Both the position numbers and the translations under genes were made by a program. Positions 63,935 through 64,000 of a stretch of DNA of 64,000 nucleotides are shown here, piece after piece. The stretch comes from Octopus bimaculoides (lineage: Eukaryota): assembly GCF_001194135.2 (NCBI RefSeq), contig NC_068985.1, positions 26,865,076 through 26,929,075 of the forward strand, given 5' to 3'. Position 1 is the first letter of the stretch; each line of letters opens with the position of its first letter. Under the pieces are notes generated by a model. It saw nothing but the letters and a program-made list of their open reading frames with translations, ran no database searches and was not told the origin of the DNA.

Positions 63935-64000
<66 letters not shown>
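63355..64000. repeat. (TG)n, (TACA)n, (CA)n and (TA)n microsatellites separated by unique sequence
   Basis: Read directly. Confidence 0.9.

Overview
This is AT-rich, microsatellite-dense animal genomic DNA with 13 N-gaps, so it is a draft assembly. I could not support any intact host protein-coding gene, rRNA, true tRNA gene or CRISPR array; the window looks intergenic or intronic. The repeat families resemble those I recall from Octopus genomes, which is an inference and was not checked against a database. Decayed retroelements: a Tx1/L1-like LINE 3' fragment, Penelope-like (PLE) fragments, an RLE-type LINE 3' end, an I/Jockey-like fragment and at least four tRNA-derived SINE families. DNA transposons: a full-length mariner, an IR/DR Tc1 with a nested Helentron-like element, a maT/DD37D remnant, a hAT-Charlie remnant and several MITE or foldback elements. 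The most notable object is at 30290-30688. It is a tRNA-headed SINE carrying a minimal type I hammerhead ribozyme, arranged as a head-to-head palindrome and bounded by a 12-bp target-site duplication. A second copy at about 36.3-36.55 kb is also internally inverted. A 277-bp templated insertion at 47916-48192 is built from two nearby segments joined at a 3-bp microhomology. All alignments and translations were done by eye.
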